Source: Parcubacteria bacterium C7867-005 (GTDB taxonomy: Bacteria > Patescibacteriota > Minisyncoccia > Phycocordibacterales > Zambryskibacteraceae). Taken from it: a stretch of DNA of 64,000 bases. This document shows, one piece after another, positions 47,700 to 57,569 of this stretch. Each line of letters begins with the position of its first letter. Position 1 is the first letter of the stretch. The notes under the pieces were generated by a model, which saw only the letters and a program-made list of their open reading frames with translations, did not search any database and was not told where the DNA came from. The DNA lies in contig LFCO01000001.1 of assembly GCA_001189165.1 (NCBI GenBank), positions 156,848 to 220,847 on the forward strand. Reading direction: 5' to 3'. The position numbers and the translations under genes were made by a program.

Positions 47700-47772
47700 A
47701 GGGCTCGAACCTAGGACCTAGCGATTAACAGTCGCTTGCTCTACCAGCTGAGCTAACGCGGAATACTGTATC
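47700..47772 (-). tRNA. tRNA-Asn (anticodon GUU)
   Basis: Hand fold: acceptor UCCGCGU/ACGCGGA, D-stem GCUC/GAGC, anticodon stem AGCGA/UCGCU with loop CUGUUAA, T-stem CUAGG/CCUAG with loop UUCGAGC, discriminator G73; CCA not encoded. Confidence 0.9.
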
Positions 47773-47884
47773 CTCTTGGATACAGAGCAAATCATACCAA
47801 AATACAAAGTCTGGGCAAGTTTTATACGACAACCCTCGCCTGCTTTGATACAATAAACACAACTACAAGCTGATCATTTAAAAT

Positions 47885-48433
47885 ATGAAAAAAATAATCG
47901 CGATCCTAGTACTCATCCTAATAGCTTTCGGGGTTTGGTTTTTCTACAATGCGGCTCAATCAATCCCTTCAGAAAACCCAGACAATCAAACAAATACAAC
48001 AAAACCAGATGCATCAAATGCTTCATTTGAATTTGAGGATGGTCTGATCAAATTAACCAAAGGCAAAAATGAACAGGAAGTCGCACCAGGAAGCGCGATG
48101 GTCCAAGAAACCGTCCTTACGGACCTTAAAAGCTATGGCGACTTGAACGGGGACAACAAACAAGACAGCGCAGCAGTCCTAGTGCAAAGCGGTGGTGGCT
48201 CAGGGGTGTTTTTCTACATCGGAGCATATGTTTCTGGCCCCGTTTCTTATAAAGGTAGCAACGTAGTCTTCTTTGGTGACCGCATTGAACCAAAATCTAT
48301 ATCAGTCAAAAACGGAGTGATCACTTTGGAATATCTGGACCGAAAACTGACTGATTCATACGACGTGGAACCCACCATCAAAACCACCAAAAAATTCTCT
48401 TTATCTAAAGGAATCCTCGTAGAGGCAAAATAG
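47885..48433 (+). CDS. membrane-anchored hypothetical protein (182 aa)
   Basis: N-terminal TM MKKIIAILVLILIAFGVWFFY then a soluble domain; no motif recognised. Confidence 0.55.
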   Translation: MKKIIAILVLILIAFGVWFFYNAAQSIPSENPDNQTNTTKPDASNASFEFEDGLIKLTKGKNEQEVAPGSAMVQETVLTDLKSYGDLNGDNKQDSAAVLVQSGGGSGVFFYIGAYVSGPVSYKGSNVVFFGDRIEPKSISVKNGVITLEYLDRKLTDSYDVEPTIKTTKKFSLSKGILVEAK

Positions 48434-48485
48434 AGACCTATCCAGTATTGCCCGTTTATCGAATTTATGCTTTAATTGCATCCTT

Positions 48486-50276
48486 ATGGAAATTAGGAAT
48501 ATTGCAATTATCGCCCACGTCGACCACGGCAAGACGACCCTCACTGACGCAATCATGCGCCAAACGGGCATGGTTGAAGAAGGTGTATCTATGGACTCAA
48601 ACGACCTAGAAAAGGAGCGTGGGATCACCATCTACTCTAAAAACACTTCGATCTTCTTCAAAAACACCAAAATCAACATTGTGGACACACCTGGCCACTC
48701 TGACTTCGGATCTGAAGTAGAACGTGTTCTGAGGTCAATAGACACTGTTCTCCTCGTTGTGGATGCCCAAGAGGGCCCCATGCCTCAAACGAGGTTCGTG
48801 CTAAAGAAATCCCTCGAACTCGGCCTCAAACCGATTGTCATCATCAACAAGATAGACAAACCAGCCGCACGTCCAGAAATCGTCCATGAAATGGTTCTTG
48901 AACTTTTCCTCGAACTCGGGGCTAACAATGATCAGATCGACTTCCCCACTGTCTATGCCATTGGCCGTGAAGGTGTAGCCAAGAGAAACCTCTCTGACGA
49001 GTTCAAAGACCTCACACCCCTACTTGACGTCGTTCTAGAACATGTACCCCCAGCCAAAGCAGACCTCACCGTCCCAGTGCGACTCCAGCCATTCAACCTC
49101 GCATACGACAACTTCCTTGGGCGCCTCGCCATCGCTCGTATATACGAAGGCGTGATCAAAAATGGTCAGGAAGTTTGGATCAAGAAACCGGACGGCACTT
49201 CTTATAAAGGAAAGGTGACCAAACTTTATACATTCGAGGGTATCAAACGCGTAGAAAGCGCAGAGGCAGTCGCTGGAGATATTTGTATGATCGCTGGTCT
49301 ATCTGAGATATACATCGGAGACACTATCACTGGTGCAGAGAATATCGAGGCACTTCCTACTATCAACGTGGACGAACCTACTATCTCCTTGAACTTTTTC
49401 GTGAACGATTCTCCATTTGCCGGACGCGAAGGCAAATTCGTCACCGGTAGACAGATACGTGAAAGACTTGAAAAAGAGCTCGAGGTGAACGTGGGACTCA
49501 AGGTTGATTTTTCATCCAGCGAACAACTCACTGTATACGGCCGTGGTGAACTACACATAGCCATCCTGCTCGAAAACATGCGCAGAGAAGGATTCGAAGT
49601 TCAAGTTTCTCAACCACACGTCATCATAAAAGAAGAGAATGGCAAAAAATTCGAGCCATTCGAAGAAGTGGTTATAGATGTGCCAGAAGAAATGTCCGGA
49701 GCAGTTATATCCAAGCTCACAGAGAGACGTGGAATACTGATGGACATGAAAACAGAAAACGGGCAGACTCGTTTGATACTCGAAGCACCTACCCGTGGGC
49801 TTCTCGGATACCGTGGACAGTTCGTCGTAGACACCAAGGGTTTGGGCATCTTCTCTTCTCGCCTTACTGCATTCAAGGATTACGCGGGTGTTATAAACCA
49901 TCAGTCAGTTGGTTCCATGATATCTATGGAGAACGGCAAGGCTCTCGCTTTCGCACTGGATAACTTACAGCAACGTGGAGTGCTCTACATCGCTCCGGGT
50001 ACAGAAGTCTATGAAGGCCAAGTCATCGGCAACACCTCAAAAGGAGAGGATTTGTATGTGAACCCAACCAAGGGTAAACAGCTGACCAACATGCGCGCTT
50101 CTGGTTCAGATGATTCAATCTTCCTCGTACCAGCATGGGAACTTTCGATAGAGAGATCAATGGAAATAATGAACGAAGACGAATACATAGAAATCACGCC
50201 GACATCTACACGCCTCCGCAAGCAATACCTCACTCAGCAAGACCGCGCCAAATCCCTCCGCAAAGATTTGAAATAA
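48486..50276 (+). CDS. typA: translational GTPase TypA/BipA
   Basis: IRNIAIIAHVDHGKTTLTD, DTPGHSDF, NKIDKP G-motifs; EF-G-like domains; 596 aa. Confidence 0.92.
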   Translation: MEIRNIAIIAHVDHGKTTLTDAIMRQTGMVEEGVSMDSNDLEKERGITIYSKNTSIFFKNTKINIVDTPGHSDFGSEVERVLRSIDTVLLVVDAQEGPMPQTRFVLKKSLELGLKPIVIINKIDKPAARPEIVHEMVLELFLELGANNDQIDFPTVYAIGREGVAKRNLSDEFKDLTPLLDVVLEHVPPAKADLTVPVRLQPFNLAYDNFLGRLAIARIYEGVIKNGQEVWIKKPDGTSYKGKVTKLYTFEGIKRVESAEAVAGDICMIAGLSEIYIGDTITGAENIEALPTINVDEPTISLNFFVNDSPFAGREGKFVTGRQIRERLEKELEVNVGLKVDFSSSEQLTVYGRGELHIAILLENMRREGFEVQVSQPHVIIKEENGKKFEPFEEVVIDVPEEMSGAVISKLTERRGILMDMKTENGQTRLILEAPTRGLLGYRGQFVVDTKGLGIFSSRLTAFKDYAGVINHQSVGSMISMENGKALAFALDNLQQRGVLYIAPGTEVYEGQVIGNTSKGEDLYVNPTKGKQLTNMRASGSDDSIFLVPAWELSIERSMEIMNEDEYIEITPTSTRLRKQYLTQQDRAKSLRKDLK

Positions 50277-50295
50277 ATACTACGTTTTCCAAACC

Positions 50296-50703
50296 CTAAG
50301 AACTGTTCTTTTCTAGATACTCGTCGATGGCCTCTTTGGCCTTAGCCACAACTTCTTTTGGATTGTACTCACTCTTTACTAAATATTTTACCGCTCCGAG
50401 TGCCAAGGCCTTTTCAGCGTCTTCTTTGCCAGCTAGATTCGTCAGACAAATAACAACGGGAATTTTTTTGAATTTCTCATTGTTTTTCATTTTTTCCAAT
50501 ACTTCTAGTCCATTCAGCTTTGGCATCATTATATCGAGCATCATCACCACAGGAAGTGGGTCCATTTTTTCAAGTTTTTCCAAAGCTTCTATACCATCTG
50601 AAGCCATCTCCACTTCATAACCAGATAATTCAAATATGTTCTTGTACATATCAGACATCAACGAATCGTCCTCTACTATAAATACTTTTATTTCTTTGGC
50701 CAT
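50296..50703 (-). CDS. response regulator, receiver domain only (CheY-like)
   Basis: KVFIVEDD, MLDIMMP (phospho-acceptor Asp), conserved T and K; no output domain. Confidence 0.85.
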   Translation of the reverse strand: MAKEIKVFIVEDDSLMSDMYKNIFELSGYEVEMASDGIEALEKLEKMDPLPVVMMLDIMMPKLNGLEVLEKMKNNEKFKKIPVVICLTNLAGKEDAEKALALGAVKYLVKSEYNPKEVVAKAKEAIDEYLEKNSS

Positions 50704-50749
50704 TGGTTTTTAGTTATCTTGTTTACTGAATTCGCAGACAGAGCATATA

Positions 50750-52936
50750 TTATGCAACGACGACAGGGAGGGACAACCTGAATGTACTACCCTCGCCCAA
50801 ATCGCTCTTAACTAATTCTATTGTACCACCCATTTCTTCAGCCAAAAGCTTGGAGATATACAGCCCCAAGCCCGTGCCCTTACTGGAATCTCTGGTCAGT
50901 ATCTTTTCACCCGCCTGTTGGAATTTCCTAAACAACAATGACTGATTTTCCTTGGATACTCCCTTACCGGTGTCTTCGATGATCACATCCGCGAACCCTT
51001 CTCTGGCCTGAAGGGAGATGGTGATACCCCCTTTCTCCGTATAATTTATCGCATTGCCCAAAAGATTATTGATAATTTGTCTTGTCCTTTCAACATCAGC
51101 AAAAGCTTCTGGCACAGCCTTATCAGAAAGCTTAAATTCAAGTGATAATTTTTTATTTTTGGTGAGCTGTTCCGTCTCTTGGACAACCTGATTTATCATT
51201 CTAACAAGATCTATGGGTTTACTATCAAAGACTATTTTTCCTTGCTCAAGTCTAGACATGTCCAAGAAATCATTCACAATTCCTATCAAACTTTTGCTTG
51301 CAGTATGTATATTATGAATCATGTTTTTCTTCTTTTCTTCATCAAGTTTGGCCCAGTAGTCGAGCATCATATCCGCATTACCACGAATAGCAGTAAGTGG
51401 TGTTCGGAGTTCGTGGCTAGCCACAGCAAAAAATTCTTCTCTAGAACGCTCAGTAACCTTTCTCTCAGTTATATCCTCAAGGAGGATGACGTAGCCGATT
51501 TTATTCTTTGATTCATCAGCCAATAGAATTGGAGCAATAATGGCGCGGAGTGACTTTTTATTAAAGAATATCTCGTTTATTTCACAAACTCTTTCTCCCT
51601 CAAGGCATTTTTTAACCTGATCTTTCAGGTCGAAGCTCTCTCCCATCATCTTAGATACATCTCCTACAGTAAGTTCCTTATCTTCATTTATTCCTAATAA
51701 ATCAACAAGGGCATGATTTTTCAAGAAGATCGTGTCATCTACATTAGCGATGATAAATCCAAGGGACAAGCTGTTTATTGATGCGAGCAACCTTGCCTTT
51801 TCCTCATTCAATTCTTTTGTTCGCTCGACAACTTGTTGCTCAACATTTTTCATTTGAACAGCTAATTTCTCTTCGAGGATCTTGTCATCCTCGAGCAAAT
51901 TAATCATGGCTTTCTTTGTTTCCTCGAGGTCAACAAGTTTTTTGTCGAGTTCTTGAGTTCTATCTTTTATTTTTGCTTCCAAACCAATCGTATACTGAGA
52001 AATGCTCTTCACCATGCCATTGAAGGCATTGGCTAGTGTCTCAAGCTCGTCATTTGTATTTATATGGGTCACCGTATCGAGCTTTCCCTTACCAAACTCC
52101 TCAACAGCAGAAACTAGCTTATAGAGTGGGTTTAAGATGAATTGCCGAACAGACAAAATAGTACCCAGGCTAAAAAATATAGATCCTATAACTGATATTA
52201 GAACTAGCCTTCTCCTCGCCTCTTGCTCTGTTTCATCAAGGGCACGTGTGCTTTTTTCTATGGAGTCATTTGTCCGGCTTATTAACTCTCTCATTTTTAT
52301 ATTTGCGAGCTCAGTAAACTCACGGGCCTTGTCTATAGAAATTTTTGATTTCTGTTTCTCTTGTTCTGAAGCTATATTTCTATTTTCTTTTTTAAGGTTT
52401 AAGAAGTTCAATCTGTGCTTGATAGCATCTTCTGCGTTGTTAACAAAGCCCGTATAGTAAAGATTTATCTCACCAGTGATCTGCGAATCACCCTTCATCA
52501 CCCCGTCGACCACAAGTTCATCCCTTAACCCCAATTTAATCCATTGATCATAGTTTTTACCACCTGAAGAATTTTTAAAAGCATCCGTCTCACTACCCCA
52601 CATGAGAGCTGCCATAAACATATTAAAACGATCAGTAGATTCACTGAACACCCTTACATAACCACTAACATCAGGTATTTTTTTGGGGTCGTCTATATCC
52701 AAAACACTCTCAAGAGCTGTTTGCCCCTCAACAGCAGCGGACAGCGACTCCTGCAGGCTCCGTACCACAGGAACATTTGTTTTAGTAATATTATCTGCAG
52801 ATGATCTAATCCGATTCAATTCAAAAATCTGAGTCCCAACAATACAAATGACAAAAAATGTAAGGGAAATGTAGAACGGTGCGAGCTTCCACTGTATTCC
52901 AAAAAAAGACTTGTTTTGTGGGCTATTTATAGTCAT
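50750..52936 (-). CDS. sensor histidine kinase (periplasmic sensor, HAMP, coiled coil, PAS, HisKA, HATPase_c)
   Basis: Two TMs flanking a sensor domain of about 230 aa; H-box FAVASHELRTPLTAIRG; N/G-boxes NLLGNAINYT, DTGKGV, GTGLGL. Confidence 0.88.
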   Translation of the reverse strand: MTINSPQNKSFFGIQWKLAPFYISLTFFVICIVGTQIFELNRIRSSADNITKTNVPVVRSLQESLSAAVEGQTALESVLDIDDPKKIPDVSGYVRVFSESTDRFNMFMAALMWGSETDAFKNSSGGKNYDQWIKLGLRDELVVDGVMKGDSQITGEINLYYTGFVNNAEDAIKHRLNFLNLKKENRNIASEQEKQKSKISIDKAREFTELANIKMRELISRTNDSIEKSTRALDETEQEARRRLVLISVIGSIFFSLGTILSVRQFILNPLYKLVSAVEEFGKGKLDTVTHINTNDELETLANAFNGMVKSISQYTIGLEAKIKDRTQELDKKLVDLEETKKAMINLLEDDKILEEKLAVQMKNVEQQVVERTKELNEEKARLLASINSLSLGFIIANVDDTIFLKNHALVDLLGINEDKELTVGDVSKMMGESFDLKDQVKKCLEGERVCEINEIFFNKKSLRAIIAPILLADESKNKIGYVILLEDITERKVTERSREEFFAVASHELRTPLTAIRGNADMMLDYWAKLDEEKKKNMIHNIHTASKSLIGIVNDFLDMSRLEQGKIVFDSKPIDLVRMINQVVQETEQLTKNKKLSLEFKLSDKAVPEAFADVERTRQIINNLLGNAINYTEKGGITISLQAREGFADVIIEDTGKGVSKENQSLLFRKFQQAGEKILTRDSSKGTGLGLYISKLLAEEMGGTIELVKSDLGEGSTFRLSLPVVVA

Positions 52937-52945
52937 CAGTTCGTA

Positions 52946-53581
52946 CTACAATAAATTTTTTATGACAGATAGATCAAATACGCCCTTGAGCACGCCGTGA
53001 ACTTCTCCTGATGCGGGGTCTATGATTGGCAGATATATGGATATAGCTTCAGTCTGTGAGCTATCGTCAAATTCTATGTCTCCGTGAAAAGTTCTCCCCT
53101 TACCCTCATTAAAGCTTTTTATCCACCAATCCTCGTCTGCCTGGTAATAATCGCTAGTCTTCTCTGTCTGACCGACGTTTAATCCAAAAGCATCAGCCAC
53201 GAAAATCTCTTTAAAACCAGGATTTTTCTTTTGAAACTCTAGGAGATGTGTGGCTGTCTTGTTTTCTAAGAACATTTGCGTGAATTGACTTATGCCCATC
53301 GATTCTCTCCATGTTTTATCTATAGCAAGAATGTCTTCTAAACTAGTGTTTTTGTTTATCTCGTTTGATTTTTTAGTTTCTTCAATTATCTCTGTGACCA
53401 GTACTAGAGTTTTTAAAAGTGATATCTGCTGATCAATTATATTTTCGATTTGTGGGGCAAGAGTGGCTGTCTCTTTAATCTCTGTTTTAGTAGATATATC
53501 TTTTTTATTTGCTGTATAAAGATAAATACCACCCGAAGAAATTATTATTACAAGAACAACAAAAGTGACAATTTTTTTCAT
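52946..53581 (-). CDS. membrane-anchored extracytoplasmic sensor-like (Cache/PDC-fold?) protein
   Basis: N-terminal TM then a 190-aa domain; fold assignment is inference; operonic with the kinase. Confidence 0.5.
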   Translation of the reverse strand: MKKIVTFVVLVIIISSGGIYLYTANKKDISTKTEIKETATLAPQIENIIDQQISLLKTLVLVTEIIEETKKSNEINKNTSLEDILAIDKTWRESMGISQFTQMFLENKTATHLLEFQKKNPGFKEIFVADAFGLNVGQTEKTSDYYQADEDWWIKSFNEGKGRTFHGDIEFDDSSQTEAISIYLPIIDPASGEVHGVLKGVFDLSVIKNLL

Positions 53582-53583
53582 AT

Positions 53584-54315
53584 TTAATGTAACTTATTTT
53601 CAAGCTCGGTAATCTGTGCTTTCAGGTCGGCCATCTTTATCTCTCTACCCACCATCAACTTATTCACCCTCTCTAATTCTGTGTTTTTATCAGTCAGTAG
53701 CTTATCCATATTCTTGATTTCAGTGATGTCGTTTTCAATCTCAACAAAACCCACTATTTCTTCTGTCTCTTCATTAAAAATTGGGGAGATTGATATCTGT
53801 GCAGTGTAGATATCGCCACTTTTCTTTTTGTTAACCATCTCGACACGGAAAACATCCTTCTTAGTGACGATACTTTTAAACATTTCCACATATTCGTTCT
53901 CGGTTAAATGCTCCATCCACTGCATCAAGTTTTTACCAATAGACTCTTCTTTACTAAATCCAGTAAGTCTTTCTGCTGCTCCATTCATATAGACAACGAT
54001 GCCGTTTTTATCAACAATGACGATGTGCCCACTCGTGTTTTCAACCGCTACTTTATATTTCTGCAAATCGACTGTCATATCAGAAGCAATTTTTTCAGCC
54101 CGTACGTTTGCTGATGAAAGGCCATACACCATAGAGTAAATCAAAAAACTGATCAGGATGCCGATACCAAAATAACCATTCAACTGTGCAGTTGGGACAC
54201 CATTATTTTGTATAATAAACCACCTCCAGACTACATAGACAGTCCCTAGTGTGACTGCCAATACAATAAGATCAACGTGCTGTCTCAAGGCCCTTGCGGT
54301 CCTTTGCGTGTACAT
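53584..54315 (-). CDS. membrane protein with PAS domain and C-terminal coiled coil, no output domain
   Basis: Two TM helices; PAS-like VENTSGHIVIVDKNGIVVYMNGAAERLTGFSKEESIGKNLMQWM; coiled-coil tail. Confidence 0.6.
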   Translation of the reverse strand: MYTQRTARALRQHVDLIVLAVTLGTVYVVWRWFIIQNNGVPTAQLNGYFGIGILISFLIYSMVYGLSSANVRAEKIASDMTVDLQKYKVAVENTSGHIVIVDKNGIVVYMNGAAERLTGFSKEESIGKNLMQWMEHLTENEYVEMFKSIVTKKDVFRVEMVNKKKSGDIYTAQISISPIFNEETEEIVGFVEIENDITEIKNMDKLLTDKNTELERVNKLMVGREIKMADLKAQITELENKLH

Positions 54316-54354
54316 ACTTATATGATACTCTTTAAATAGATCAACACCATACCT

Positions 54355-55125
54355 ATGAAAAAATTATTGACGCTTCTCCTTGTCATAAATGTTCTGTGGT
54401 CAGTTTGGCTTTACAACATACCTGAACATGAGACTGCCGCAAATTTCTTATACAACCTTGCCTACGGATTAAATTTCCTAATCGCATCGATTGCCTGCTT
54501 GTTTTATATCAAGAAGCATCCACCCTATCGTAATATCTACATCGCCATGTTTGTTGGGAGTGCGGTTTTCTTTGTTGCCCAGCTTATTTGGCTTTATTAC
54601 AACCTCATTGCCCGTACAGAGGTGCCGTATCCGGGCATTGCAGATCTATTTTGGCTCCTCTTCTATCCATTTATTGGCCTGGGTTTCGCCTTGATTATGA
54701 AAAGGATTAAAATCAATTTTTCTCTAAGCAGGGTCTTCGAGATTTTCATCATATTTATTGCTATGTTCAGTATTATTAATTCTTTCATTTCTATAAACTC
54801 TGTCCAGGAATCCCTGCCCCTGCTTACTAAGGTACTCAATCTAACTTATCCATTCTTTGACTCTATTTTGCTTGCCCTGGCCCTAAGTACTATCCACAGC
54901 AAGGTCGGCTCGCTACAGCCACACATACTGTATTTCGTTTTCACTTTCATTATCCTAGCTTTTGCTGATACCTTGTTCGCTTATTCTACCTCTGCAGAAA
55001 GTTACTGGAATGGTAATTATGTAGATCTACTCTATGCTGTAGCTGGTTATTTGTTTGCGATGGGCATCATCTCCCTACCACAGCTCTTGCAAGCGAACGA
55101 ACAGAAAACTACTTTATCATTCTAG
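54355..55125 (+). CDS. polytopic (about 7 TM) membrane protein, possible 7TM sensor module
   Basis: Hydrophobicity pattern only; directly upstream of a receiver-only regulator. Confidence 0.5.
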   Translation: MKKLLTLLLVINVLWSVWLYNIPEHETAANFLYNLAYGLNFLIASIACLFYIKKHPPYRNIYIAMFVGSAVFFVAQLIWLYYNLIARTEVPYPGIADLFWLLFYPFIGLGFALIMKRIKINFSLSRVFEIFIIFIAMFSIINSFISINSVQESLPLLTKVLNLTYPFFDSILLALALSTIHSKVGSLQPHILYFVFTFIILAFADTLFAYSTSAESYWNGNYVDLLYAVAGYLFAMGIISLPQLLQANEQKTTLSF

Positions 55126-55134
55126 AGAACATAC

Positions 55135-55575
55135 ATGTCGGAGCAAAAAGATAAAATTATGATATTGGATGACGATCCACTTCTCGTGGATCTATATTCA
55201 ACAGCATTTACCTTGTTCGGCTACGAAGTAGTCACGGGGTTTCGCGGTGACGAAGGTTTGCAGAAACTAATAGACATGGATATCAAACCTATTATCATAC
55301 TGTCTGACGTGATGATGCCGAACATGCATGGATTAGATTTCTTGAGAAAGATTAAGGAGGACCCAAAATTAAAAACTATTCCTGTCGTACTTTTGACAAA
55401 CCTGGATGGAACAGATGATATCCGAAGAGGGCTGGAGCTCGGTGCGGTAACTTATATAGTAAAAAGTGCCTATTCACCAAAAGAAGTTGTGAATAAAGTT
55501 AAGGAAATCCTAGCTGGTTATGACAGAGAGAAAACTCCTGAGGTCAAGACTATTATAAAGGGCCTTAGCTCGTAA
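55135..55575 (+). CDS. response regulator, receiver domain only (CheY-like), paralog of 50296..50703
   Basis: IMILDDDP, ILSDVMMP, LLTNL, KS/AYSPKEVV, all alignable with the other receiver. Confidence 0.85.
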   Translation: MSEQKDKIMILDDDPLLVDLYSTAFTLFGYEVVTGFRGDEGLQKLIDMDIKPIIILSDVMMPNMHGLDFLRKIKEDPKLKTIPVVLLTNLDGTDDIRRGLELGAVTYIVKSAYSPKEVVNKVKEILAGYDREKTPEVKTIIKGLSS

Positions 55576-57007
55576 GATAGATCGTGAGTCGGTAGAGGGG
55601 TAAAATAAGGCCCAAAACGATCAAAACGACGATCAGGATGGTCATCTGATTCGTAGTTTCCGCACTATGGACCAGAGCACCGGGTGTTGTGCTCAAAACC
55701 ACGGTGGCCACATCATTATCTTCACTGTTTTGAATTTTGAAAGACTTACCGATTATATCTTGATCCAATAATTTCATACTCCCCCAAAATTCATCTTTGG
55801 GAATAGATGTAGTAGACTCCGGCAAAAAGGTGGTGCTTGCATAAACTTTATTGTCTACAAATAAACTGGTTTCAAACCCTGAATTATCTTTGAAGGAATC
55901 GGTGAATTCTTTATCGAGCAGGTAACCAACCATGACAATACCTATAACCTTGCCCTGAAAATAAATTGGAGAAGTTGCTCGGATAGACAAACCCTCTGGG
56001 CCGACAACATCTACAGAAGTGGCACTTCTACCCTCTAGAGATTCTTGACCAACACTCTGACTAAGGAGATTTTCTCCTTGGGTAATAGGGAAATTATTCT
56101 TGAAATAAACAGAACCATCTCTTGATGCCACCGACATAAACTGAATACCTGTATTAGATAGAATACGATTTCCGATAGTGCTTAAATCTTCGATGTCACG
56201 AGCTTTGGCAGCGGATGCAAAATCTAAATTATTGGATATGATCTGGCTAGTAGCCAGAGCACGACTCTCCAAGCTGTCTATCTGCATATTTAGTATTTTT
56301 TCGCTAGCAGCAAGACCTCTCAATGTTTCGTTTTCTAAACTTCGCAAAAAGAAACTGGAGAAAGTAGTGACAATTAGTAACGCAATAAAAAGACCATTTG
56401 ATACGAAAATTATCAACATCTCTTGACGTACTCTAAAACTAAGCAGGTTCCATATCCAGAGTGTAATAGAGACAAACCCGAGGAATTTAAGCGCATATTC
56501 TAATATCCACATTATATTCAAAGACCAGGGATCAACGAAATTTGAGATAATTGAAGCGAGAGAAAGTAAGACGAAACCGAATGCGAGCCACTTAAGTAGT
56601 TTATTAATATCTTTGTAGTACTGCTTAAATAACAAAAAGCTCAGAAGTATCAAAAATATGGTTGGTAGAATATTGAAATTCGTAGCTATATTAAAAACTG
56701 GAAGAGCTAGAAATGCATAACTTGGTTTGTCAGGAAGTTTTTCAAAGGCGTAGCTCAGTAAAATACAAAGAAGGCCCACCGAATATACAGTTAAGGACAA
56801 ACGCAAAACAACGCTAGAACTACCGCCAACTGCACTGAAAATTTGCCACACACAGAGAGCCCAAAAACCAACTGATCTTATAAGGCTATATTTGTCTCTC
56901 TTGATTAAATAGGCCTTGAAAAAGAGCCACCCAGCAATAAAAAAGGTGATAGCACCAAACAATTCAATCCCCAAATGAAAGTTATTTAGAATTAAAAAAC
57001 TTGACAT
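55565..57007 (-). CDS. 7TM receptor-like membrane protein with extracytoplasmic Cache-like domain and C-terminal TM, no output domain
   Basis: About 7 N-terminal TM helices, a 230-aa soluble domain, terminal TM MTILIVVLIVLGLILPLY; domain fold inferred. Confidence 0.55.
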   Translation of the reverse strand: MSSFLILNNFHLGIELFGAITFFIAGWLFFKAYLIKRDKYSLIRSVGFWALCVWQIFSAVGGSSSVVLRLSLTVYSVGLLCILLSYAFEKLPDKPSYAFLALPVFNIATNFNILPTIFLILLSFLLFKQYYKDINKLLKWLAFGFVLLSLASIISNFVDPWSLNIMWILEYALKFLGFVSITLWIWNLLSFRVRQEMLIIFVSNGLFIALLIVTTFSSFFLRSLENETLRGLAASEKILNMQIDSLESRALATSQIISNNLDFASAAKARDIEDLSTIGNRILSNTGIQFMSVASRDGSVYFKNNFPITQGENLLSQSVGQESLEGRSATSVDVVGPEGLSIRATSPIYFQGKVIGIVMVGYLLDKEFTDSFKDNSGFETSLFVDNKVYASTTFLPESTTSIPKDEFWGSMKLLDQDIIGKSFKIQNSEDNDVATVVLSTTPGALVHSAETTNQMTILIVVLIVLGLILPLYRLTIYLTS

Positions 57008-57035
57008 TGTTTATATATAATACACCCAATTTGTT

Positions 57036-57569
57036 TTATCTACCGAGCGCTTTGATTTTATCTTCTAAATCTTTTAGAACCAGTGGACCAACAATGACTT
57101 CCCGTTTTAATCCCGATCCATCTATAAATACAAACATGGGCAACACACTTATACTGTACGCGTCGCCCACAATACCTTCTATATCGAGTAATGTATCCAA
57201 GGTGATATTTTTATCATTCAAAACCTTGTTAACAACGTCCAAATCTTCTTGGCTATTGATAGCCAAAATTTCTAGATTTTTTGGAGAATAGCTAGCATAA
57301 TAGTCAGCCAAAGCCCCTAGCTGATCGACGGCAACTGTATTCCAGGACGTCCAGAAAAATAGAACTACATTCTTGCCACGTAAGTCAGAAAGTTTTATCT
57401 TGGTGTTTTGCTGATTCTCTAATACAAAATCAGTAGCAACAGGAATCTTGTTTAAACCAACTTTAAATCCGATGTTCTGAAAAAAGTGAGGTGCAAGAGT
57501 AAAGACGAAATACACACACAAAACGAGTATGAAAATAGAAGTAGATACGATAATTAGATTCTTTTTCAT
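57036..57569 (-). CDS. thioredoxin-fold (TlpA/redoxin-like) protein lacking the CxxC active site
   Basis: LRGKNVVLFFWTSWNTVAVDQL aligns with FWASWCGPC of TlpA but both Cys are replaced (S-W-N-T). Confidence 0.6.
   Translation of the reverse strand: MKKNLIIVSTSIFILVLCVYFVFTLAPHFFQNIGFKVGLNKIPVATDFVLENQQNTKIKLSDLRGKNVVLFFWTSWNTVAVDQLGALADYYASYSPKNLEILAINSQEDLDVVNKVLNDKNITLDTLLDIEGIVGDAYSISVLPMFVFIDGSGLKREVIVGPLVLKDLEDKIKALGR

Noticed and set aside
47774-47793. Hairpin CTGTATCC-TCTT-GGATACAG next to tRNA-Asn as a terminator
   Set aside because: It lies upstream of the tRNA on the minus strand and has no T-run on either side. Probably incidental or a processing element. Not called.
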